A stretch of 64,000 nt of DNA from Akkermansiaceae bacterium (lineage in GTDB: Bacteria > Verrucomicrobiota > Verrucomicrobiia > Verrucomicrobiales > Akkermansiaceae): the NCBI GenBank assembly GCA_051251915.1, contig JBPOGF010000014.1:32001-96000 (forward strand). The letters are read 5' to 3'. Position numbers and translations under genes: made by a program. This document shows positions 57,119 through 64,000 of the stretch, one piece after another; position 1 is the first letter of the stretch; each line of letters begins with the position of its first letter. The notes below the pieces were generated by a model. The model searched no databases. It saw only the letters and a list, made by a program, of their open reading frames with translations, and was not told where the DNA came from.

Positions 57119-58172
57119 TCCCTCAAGGAGAGGTTTTATACGAACAGCTCTGGGTGCCGTGGGTTGCATGCAGGGGTTACAGCTTTCGTCTCTGGCGCAG
57201 AGTTTGAGTGCAGGTTCTGAGGATCTTGTGGGTATTTCAGTGGAGGATCTTCCAAAGCTGAATGGTAAACTTACTTTGTATTTAGGGCGTGGAGAAGGTG
57301 GGCTTTATGAGCGGATAATTAGTTCGATTCAGAAGCGCAATCCGGGTTTGAAGCTGGATATACGGCGTGGACCAACTGCGGCTTTGGCGAACACGATAGT
57401 GGCTGAGGCTAAGATGGGGTATATGCGTGCTGATGTGTTCTGGGCGGTTGATTCTGGATCTATTGGTCTGGTGGCTGGGACTGGTAAGGCGGCTAAGCTG
57501 GATAAGGTTATCACTGATCAGGTTGATGAGCGTTTTAGAAATGACAGCTGGGTTCCTGTTTCTGGTAGGATCCGGACGGTGCCATTTCATACTGGAAGGC
57601 TGAAGGCTAGTGATATTCCAGAGAGTATTGCGGATTTTGCAGATAGTGATTTAAAGGTTGGTTGGGCGCCTGCTTATGGTGCGTTTCAGTCTTTTGTGTC
57701 AGCGATGCGGATATTGCGTGGTAATGAGGCGACTAAGAAGTGGCTTATTGCGACTAAGAAGAATGCTAAGTCATACGCTGGTGAGCTAGGTGCTGTAATG
57801 GGTGCGGCTCGTGGTGAAGTAGATGTTGCGTTTGCGAACCATTATTACACGTTACGTCTGAAGCAGGGTGATCCTGATGCTAAGGTGGATCTTGCTTTTA
57901 CTAATGATGATGCGGGTTGCTTACTGAATGCTTCTGGGGCGATGTGTCTACGTGGTGGTGAGTTGGCGCAGAATTTTGTTCGTTATTTGCTTAGTCGTGA
58001 GGCACAGCAGTTTCTGTCATCTGAGGCTTATGAGATTCCGATGTTGCCTGGAATAGCGACACCGAAGGGCTTACCTGACTTGGCGAAGATACATCCACCG
58101 AAGGTTAATCTTTCACAGTTAGCGGATCTTTCACCTACCTTGCGGTTGATGCGTGAGAGTGGTGTGTTGTAG
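57108..58172 (+). CDS. Tat-exported Fe3+ ABC substrate-binding protein (FutA/FbpA-like)
   Basis: SRRGFI Tat signal; ADVFW; ANHYY tyrosine pair. Confidence 0.88.
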   Translation: MHFNPSRRGFIRTALGAVGCMQGLQLSSLAQSLSAGSEDLVGISVEDLPKLNGKLTLYLGRGEGGLYERIISSIQKRNPGLKLDIRRGPTAALANTIVAEAKMGYMRADVFWAVDSGSIGLVAGTGKAAKLDKVITDQVDERFRNDSWVPVSGRIRTVPFHTGRLKASDIPESIADFADSDLKVGWAPAYGAFQSFVSAMRILRGNEATKKWLIATKKNAKSYAGELGAVMGAARGEVDVAFANHYYTLRLKQGDPDAKVDLAFTNDDAGCLLNASGAMCLRGGELAQNFVRYLLSREAQQFLSSEAYEIPMLPGIATPKGLPDLAKIHPPKVNLSQLADLSPTLRLMRESGVL

Positions 58173-58279
58173 TTTGCTGATGTGTGTTTTGGGATGCTTG
58201 GGTTTAGAGTTTGCGGGGAGTGTTTCTCGTTGAAGTATTCATTGACTAGAGTTGACTCTTAACCGTATCTTTTCCGGAC

Positions 58280-59881
58280 ATGAACCGTTGGTTACGCCGC
58301 TACCCCTCCTATATAATGTCAGCTTTGATAGCGGCACTTGCGGTTACTCCGCTGGTGTTTCTGTATACGCTGTCTAAGGGTGCGGAGGGGTATTTTACGA
58401 GTGAGACTTGGCGGATTTTAGAAAACACGATATTACTGACCATTACTTCTGTGGTGGGTTCGATAGCACTTGGTGTGCCGTTGGCTTTGTTGACGGCTTA
58501 TTGTAGGTTACCATTTCAGCGGTTGTGGGTGATTGCCTTGGCTACTCCGTTGGCGATGCCTAGTTATATTGGAGCGTTTACGTTTTATGCTGCATTTGGT
58601 AAGGCTGGGGAGATAGAGAAGCTGACTGGGTTGAATTTTCCTAGGCTTGAGGGTTTGGTAGGATCTACGATTGTGATGACGTTGTATAGTTTTCCTTTTG
58701 TGTTTTTGACTACGCGAGCGGCGCTTCGTAATTTGGATAGTAATTTGGTGAATGCTGCGCGGACGTTGGGGATGTCGTTGCCGGCTTGTTTGATGCGTGT
58801 GGTGTTGCCGCGTGTGCGGAATGGTATTGCGGCAGGGGCTTTGATTGTGGCGCTCTATACGTTGTCTGATTTTGGGACTCCTGCGATTATGCAGTTTGAT
58901 ACGTTTACGCGGGTGATTTTTGTGGAGTATAATGCGTTTGGTCTTGAGCGTGCGGCGTTGTTTTCTTTGCAGTTGATTTTTTTGGTGGTGGTGGTGTTGA
59001 TGATTGAGTCTTGTTTTCGTGGTGTTCGGGAGAATTCGGGAAGGTGTCTGAGTTTGCAGTTGAGTAGGGCGAAGGTGTTGTTTTCGTTTGTGCCGGTGGC
59101 GTTGATTGTGGCTTTGGCTTTAGGGTTGCCGTTGTTGATTTTTGGGATTTGGTTGAATCGAGAGGGTGCGGGGGACTTTGATTTTGGGGTGGCTTGGAAT
59201 TCTCTTAAGGTTTCTTTGATTACGGCTGGTGTGGCTGCTGTTGTTGCGTTGCCGGTGGCTTATGCGGCTACTGTGGGGAAAGTGGGTAGGGTTTTGGAGC
59301 GTGTGGTTTATGTGGGGTATGGTGTGCCGGGTATTGTGATGGGGACTGCGCTGGTGTATATGGGGCTGCGTGTTGAGGCTGAGATTTTCAAGATGTCTGA
59401 GAGTAATCCTCAGGTTCCTGCATTTTTGGAGAAGCTGGGTCTTGAGGATCCGTATTTGTATCAGACTTTGACTTTATTGGTGATTGCGCATGTTTTGCGT
59501 TTCTTACCACTTGCGGTGGGCTCAATTCGTTCTACATTGGAAAAAATAGAAGGAAATATGGTGCATGCGGCTCAGACTTTGGGCGCGAGTAAGGCTGAGG
59601 TGTTTCGTAGGATAACGATGCCTCTTGCTACACGTGGAATTATTGCGGGTGCTGCGCTGGTATTTCTGGATACGATGAGAGAGTTACCTGCTACATTATT
59701 GTTGCGGCCGAATGACTTTGAGACGTTAACTACTGAGATTTGGTTGGTTTACGAGGCGGGGTATTTTGGTAGGGCGGCGGTGCCTGGATTGGTGCTGGTG
59801 TTGTTCTCAGCAATGGGGCTGGCGATTATGCTTATAGGTGAACGAAGGGCTGAGAAGGCTTTAGAAACAAACGACGAATAA
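58280..59881 (+). CDS. Fe3+ ABC transporter permease (FbpB-like)
   Basis: PLAMPSY; two EAA-like loops (NAARTLG, HAAQTLG); LSDFG; MRELPATL. Confidence 0.92.
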   Translation: MNRWLRRYPSYIMSALIAALAVTPLVFLYTLSKGAEGYFTSETWRILENTILLTITSVVGSIALGVPLALLTAYCRLPFQRLWVIALATPLAMPSYIGAFTFYAAFGKAGEIEKLTGLNFPRLEGLVGSTIVMTLYSFPFVFLTTRAALRNLDSNLVNAARTLGMSLPACLMRVVLPRVRNGIAAGALIVALYTLSDFGTPAIMQFDTFTRVIFVEYNAFGLERAALFSLQLIFLVVVVLMIESCFRGVRENSGRCLSLQLSRAKVLFSFVPVALIVALALGLPLLIFGIWLNREGAGDFDFGVAWNSLKVSLITAGVAAVVALPVAYAATVGKVGRVLERVVYVGYGVPGIVMGTALVYMGLRVEAEIFKMSESNPQVPAFLEKLGLEDPYLYQTLTLLVIAHVLRFLPLAVGSIRSTLEKIEGNMVHAAQTLGASKAEVFRRITMPLATRGIIAGAALVFLDTMRELPATLLLRPNDFETLTTEIWLVYEAGYFGRAAVPGLVLVLFSAMGLAIMLIGERRAEKALETNDE

Positions 59882-60918
59882 TGAAACTTAAATTAGATAA
59901 TCTTTGTGCAGGGTATGGCGCTACACCGGTGATCAAGGATCTGAATTTCTCACTTGATGGGAATGAGATATTGATGCTAGTGGGGCCTACTGGCTGTGGG
60001 AAGTCTACTATTTTGCGTGCGTTGGCGGGAATTTTGCCTGTTTCTGATGGTGAGATTCATTTGAATGGTAAATGCATTAGTAAGGGGGATCCGTTGCCTC
60101 CTGAGAAGCGTAATGTGGGGATGGTTTTCCAGGATTTTGCATTATTTCCTCATTTGAATGTGGAGAAGAATATAGGGTTTCGCTTGAGAGATAAGACTGA
60201 GGTGAATCATTGGATTGAGTTATTGGGGTTGGAGTCACATCGGCGTGCTATGCCGGCTACTCTTTCTGGGGGGCAGAAGCAGCGTGTGGCGCTGGCTAGG
60301 GCGTTGGCTCATAAGCCTTCGTTGATGTTGTTGGATGAGCCTTTGTCTAATTTGGATGCAGCGCTGAAGGATACTTTGCGGTGGTCGATTAGAGATGCGC
60401 TGAAGAAGGCTGGTGTTCCGGCTATCTGGGTGACACATGATCAGGATGAGGCATTGTCTGTAGGAGATAGGGTGGGGATTCTTAATAAGGGGAGGCTAGA
60501 GCAGCTAGATACTCCTGAGAATTGCTTTAGTCAGCCGGCTACTCGGTTTGTGGCTGAGTTTTTAGGGGAGGCTAGCTTTATTTCAGGGGCTTTGAGTGGG
60601 GGGGCGGTGACGACTTCTTTGGGTAGTGTTCCGGTGATTTCTGTGGGTTGTGAGGCTGAGAGTGGTGTGGATGTTTTAGTGCGCCCGGATGATTTTTGTT
60701 TAGCTCCTGTGTGTAAGGAGAATGAGGCTAATGCGCAGGTTAAGTGGTCTCGGTTTGAGGGGGGATACCGTTTGTGTGCGCTGCGACTCAATGAGGGGGG
60801 GCACGAGGTGAAGGTGCGTGTGAGCCACGAGGTGGAAATCGAGCCTGACGATGAAGTTAGGCTGAGTATGGTAGCTACGCATCCATTGATAGCTTATCCA
60901 ATGAAGGCGGGAGTTTAG
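59881..60918 (+). CDS. Fe3+ ABC transporter ATPase (FbpC-like)
   Basis: GPTGCGKS, FQDFALFPH, LSGGQKQR, LLDEP; TOBE-like tail. Confidence 0.92.
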   Translation: MKLKLDNLCAGYGATPVIKDLNFSLDGNEILMLVGPTGCGKSTILRALAGILPVSDGEIHLNGKCISKGDPLPPEKRNVGMVFQDFALFPHLNVEKNIGFRLRDKTEVNHWIELLGLESHRRAMPATLSGGQKQRVALARALAHKPSLMLLDEPLSNLDAALKDTLRWSIRDALKKAGVPAIWVTHDQDEALSVGDRVGILNKGRLEQLDTPENCFSQPATRFVAEFLGEASFISGALSGGAVTTSLGSVPVISVGCEAESGVDVLVRPDDFCLAPVCKENEANAQVKWSRFEGGYRLCALRLNEGGHEVKVRVSHEVEIEPDDEVRLSMVATHPLIAYPMKAGV

Positions 60919-60947
60919 GGAGGGGGTATTTATGCCTAGGATACGGC

Positions 60948-61751
60948 TTAGTGAACGGCTTCCATGGTTGGAATGGCTTCAAGTAGTTTTTTGGTGTAGT
61001 CGTGTTGTGGGTGATTGAAGAGTTGTTCAGCTTCACCGTATTCTACGATTTTTCCTTTGTGCATGACCGCGATGTTGTCTGCGATGTAGCGGACTACGGA
61101 GAGATCATGAGAAATAAACATCATGGTTAAGTCGAGTTCGTCTCGTAGTTTTAGGAGGAGGTTGAGGATCTGAGACTGGATAGATACATCGAGGGCAGAT
61201 ACTGGTTCGTCTGCGATGATGAGTTTAGGTTCTGGTGCTAGAGCGCGGGCGATGGCGATGCGCTGACGTTGGCCTCCGGAGAATTCATGCGGGTATTTCT
61301 TCATGAATGATGGGTTTAAGCCGACGCGTTCCATTAGAGTGACGACCGCATCCATCTGGGCGTTTTTATTTCCTTTGAGGCCTGGGTGCCGTTGTTGTAG
61401 TGCTTCAGTAAGGGTGGAGAAAATGGTCATCCTAGGGTTGAGCGATGCGTAGGGATCTTGAAAGATCATTTGGAAATCCAGTCTTCTAAGGCGCACTTGA
61501 TTGGAGGTAAGGTTTGTGAGGTTTTCCTCTTCCAGAATGATGTTGCCCGAGGTGGCGGGGATGAGTTGCATGATGGTGCGGGAAAGGGTGGATTTTCCGC
61601 AACCTGATTCACCTACGAGTCCTAGGATCTCGCCTTTTTTGATGGATAGTGTGACTCCGTCGACGGCTTTGACAGAGTCGACCTGTTTCTGGATGAGTAA
61701 GCCTTTATTGACTGGGAAGTGTGTTTTAACGTCTTGGAGTTCGAGGAACAT
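60948..61751 (-). CDS. Oligopeptide/dipeptide ABC ATPase (OppF-like)
   Basis: GESGCGKS, FQDPYASLNPR, YPHEFSGGQRQR. Confidence 0.92.
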   Translation of the reverse strand: MFLELQDVKTHFPVNKGLLIQKQVDSVKAVDGVTLSIKKGEILGLVGESGCGKSTLSRTIMQLIPATSGNIILEEENLTNLTSNQVRLRRLDFQMIFQDPYASLNPRMTIFSTLTEALQQRHPGLKGNKNAQMDAVVTLMERVGLNPSFMKKYPHEFSGGQRQRIAIARALAPEPKLIIADEPVSALDVSIQSQILNLLLKLRDELDLTMMFISHDLSVVRYIADNIAVMHKGKIVEYGEAEQLFNHPQHDYTKKLLEAIPTMEAVH

Positions 61752-61810
61752 GGCGGTTATTTGTTATTGGTTGAAAGGGCTAGTGTTTGAAGGCTCTAGG
61801 GAGTCTTTTA

Positions 61811-63331
61811 TTAGTAGCTGCGGCCCCAGATGGCTTTGGCTTTGGTTGGTTTTCCGGTGATTAGGCAAGGGGCTTCTTCTCCGTCTTGTTGGTCGAGAGG
61901 GAAGCAACGGATGGCAATTTTGTGTTTCTTGCTGAGGGCTTCTTCTTCCTCGTTGGAGCCAGCCCATGGTGTGGTTAGCCAGCCTGGTTGATCGCTAGCT
62001 GACCAGTGTTTTTCAAATTCTGTTAAATCGGAGCAATTGGAAATGTTAGAGTCTCTAAGTTCTGTAGCGCGGTGTAGGATTTCGTTTTGTATTTCCTGTA
62101 ATGTGTCGGTGCAGTCACGGATGAATTCTTCTTTTTCCATGAAGTGTTTTTGGAATGCATCTTCGTCTCTGCGCTGCATGCAGACTTTTCTGGCTTCGAG
62201 ATCACGCGGGCCTATTTCTATGCGGATAGGTGCGCCTTTCTTGACCCATTCCCATTTTTTGGCACCACCTGCGAGATCTCGCTTGTCTACGTGGACGCGG
62301 AGTGGTTCGCCGTGGAAGTCTTTATGGCGGAGTGTGGTGGCGAGTGCTTCACAGGCATCGATGATGGCATCACGTGAGTCTTCCTTTGGTGTGACAGGAA
62401 TGATGATGACTTGCTGTGAGGCGATGCGTGGTGGACAGATGAGTCCATCATCATCTGAGTGTGCCATGATGAGTGTGCCGATGAGGCGTGTGGAGACACC
62501 CCATGAGGTGGTCCAAGCGAGTTGTTGAGTGTTGTCTCTGCCGGTGAATGAGATGTCCTGGGCTTTAGAGAAATTTTGGCCAAGGAAGTGTGATGTTCCT
62601 GCTTGGATGGCTTTTTTGTCCTGTACCATGGCTTCTACTGTTAGAGTCATGTCTGCTCCTGGGAATCTTTCGACTTCTGATTTCTCACCTGCTACTACTG
62701 GGATTGCTAGGTGATTGGTGATAAACTCAGCGTAGATGCTGTGCATTAATCGTGTTTCTTCGATGGCTTCTTCTTTGGTCTCGTGGGCGGTGTGACCTTC
62801 TTGCCAGAGGAATTCGGCTGTGCGGAGGAATAGTCTAGTGCGCATTTCCCAGCGCATGACGTTGGCCCACTGGTTGATGAGTAGTGGGAGGTCGCGGTAT
62901 GAGTTAGTCCAGCGTGAGAATGCTGCACCGATGATGGTTTCTGAGGTTGGGCGGATGACGTATGGCTCGGTGAGTTTACCGGCAGGGATCATCTTTGTGG
63001 TGCCATCTTCCTGCTTTTCAGCTTCAAGTCGGTGATGAGTGACTACCGCGCATTCTGTAGCGAAACCTTCGGCGTGCTCGGCTTCTTTTTCAAGATAAGC
63101 GAGGGGGATGAGCAGAGGGAAGTATGCGTTTTGGTGGCCGGTGCGTTTGAAGTATTTATCGAGCTGCTGTTGGATATTTTCCCACAGCGCGTAACCCCAA
63201 GGCTTGATCACCATGCATCCTCTGGTCTCAGAATTCTCTGCCATGTCGGCAGCTTTGATAACCTGTTGGTACCATTCTGGGAAATCTTCGGCTCTAGTTG
63301 GAGAGATCGCATTCTTAGGTTGTTTTGCCAT
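61811..63331 (-). CDS. proS: Proline--tRNA ligase (archaeal/eukaryote-type)
   Basis: DFPEWY, RPTSET, QWANVMRWE, FLWQEGHT, GTSHFLGQNF; C-terminal GRSY. Confidence 0.97.
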   Translation of the reverse strand: MAKQPKNAISPTRAEDFPEWYQQVIKAADMAENSETRGCMVIKPWGYALWENIQQQLDKYFKRTGHQNAYFPLLIPLAYLEKEAEHAEGFATECAVVTHHRLEAEKQEDGTTKMIPAGKLTEPYVIRPTSETIIGAAFSRWTNSYRDLPLLINQWANVMRWEMRTRLFLRTAEFLWQEGHTAHETKEEAIEETRLMHSIYAEFITNHLAIPVVAGEKSEVERFPGADMTLTVEAMVQDKKAIQAGTSHFLGQNFSKAQDISFTGRDNTQQLAWTTSWGVSTRLIGTLIMAHSDDDGLICPPRIASQQVIIIPVTPKEDSRDAIIDACEALATTLRHKDFHGEPLRVHVDKRDLAGGAKKWEWVKKGAPIRIEIGPRDLEARKVCMQRRDEDAFQKHFMEKEEFIRDCTDTLQEIQNEILHRATELRDSNISNCSDLTEFEKHWSASDQPGWLTTPWAGSNEEEEALSKKHKIAIRCFPLDQQDGEEAPCLITGKPTKAKAIWGRSY

Positions 63332-63620
63332 GTGGGGAGTGAAGAGAAAAATAGGCAGGCTGGGAAGCGTAAAGTGATGCTAAATAGAGCCTAGATCGAA
63401 ATTTATTTTACAGTGATGAATCATTTTCGAAATTACGGCCAAAAGAATGTTAGAGAGAGGAGCTGATTTGAATCATCATAATGTGCTTTGTTTAAAGCGG
63501 GCTATGATACTAGTGAGAAGGGAATACAGGTAGCCTACGTAAAAATTCATTATTTTTATCACGTTTATTCTCGCCAAACCTTCTCTTGGTTCGTTAGTTT
63601 ATTCCTAATCTATATAAATT

Positions 63621-64000
63621 ATGAACATCCACAAACTCAGATTCCTATTGTCCGTGCTCCTTTTGGTAGTGTTGCCTTCGTCTTTTGCAATGGCTCAATA
63701 TAAAGTAGTAGTCGATAAGCCAGAAATTGTAGAAGTCAAATCTCCTAACTTGGGAGGAGACTCCGCAAAGAAGAGCTTTAAGCCGAAAGATTGGATGGAG
63801 TTCGAGGTAAAATTCAAAATCGAAGCTAAAGATAGAGATAAGCTGTTTGCTGATAGAGTCACTATGAAGTGGTATGTGGCGGCGAAAAATCCTGATAAAG
63901 GTGGCGGTTACATTATGATGGAGAAAGAGGTGAATCATGTGAATGTGCCTATCGGTGAAGATGTTTATGTTTCAGTTTATCTCTCTCCTAATTCTATCAA
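63621..64000 (+). CDS. Amuc_1102-like pilus-associated exported protein (partial; runs off the window end)
   Basis: Not in the ORF track. MNIHKLRFLLSVLLLVVLPSSFAMAQ...SPNLGGDSAKKSFKPKDWMEFEVKF...KWYVAAKNP...VSVYLSP. Family recognised from memory. Confidence 0.65.
   Translation, partial: MNIHKLRFLLSVLLLVVLPSSFAMAQYKVVVDKPEIVEVKSPNLGGDSAKKSFKPKDWMEFEVKFKIEAKDRDKLFADRVTMKWYVAAKNPDKGGGYIMMEKEVNHVNVPIGEDVYVSVYLSPNSI

Noticed and set aside
63411..63431. Third Fur-like site (GATGAATCATTTTCG)
   Set aside because: Only the core matches, symmetry is poor, and the neighbouring genes are not iron related.
262..63938. Numerous short antisense or overlapping ORFs in the track (e.g. 262-561, 31014-31508, 49042-49626, 62037-62528, 63645-63938)
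   Set aside because: Shadow frames of well-supported genes, with biased composition and no motifs.
1..64000. CRISPR arrays, tRNA/rRNA genes, transposases, integrases, prophage genes
   Set aside because: No regularly spaced repeats, cloverleaf motifs or mobility-gene signatures were recognised by eye.

Overview
Bacterial chromosomal window, most likely from a marine Verrucomicrobiota member (Rubritalea/Akkermansiaceae-like). This is an inference from the PEP-CTERM proteins, several Cys-type sulfatases, an Amuc_1102-like gene, a FecR-LamG anti-sigma and a discoidin-type sensor kinase. Housekeeping genes (pyrD, ybeY, lysS, metG, aroC, ribE, cls, trpA, msrB, proS) are mixed with sulfated-glycan utilisation genes (five sulfatases, one frameshifted; a GH95; an ECF sigma/anti-sigma pair) and an Fe3+ ABC operon. 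The most striking signal is missing from the ORF track: a 71-codon single-TM microprotein at 16644-16859 (+) with two in-frame UGA codons, each followed by a SECIS-like hairpin, i.e. a candidate double-selenocysteine membrane microprotein. Other items: a candidate structured ncRNA/attenuator at about 30272-30372; a PEP-CTERM / degenerate AlkP-TPR / QueC-like / methyltransferase cluster; a repeated GTGTCA-N14-AACAATA ECF-type promoter in a block that loses the window's G/T strand skew; two Fur-like boxes; and a T6 homopolymer frameshift. No rRNA, tRNA, CRISPR array or transposase was recognised. All family calls come from motif recognition, not database searches.
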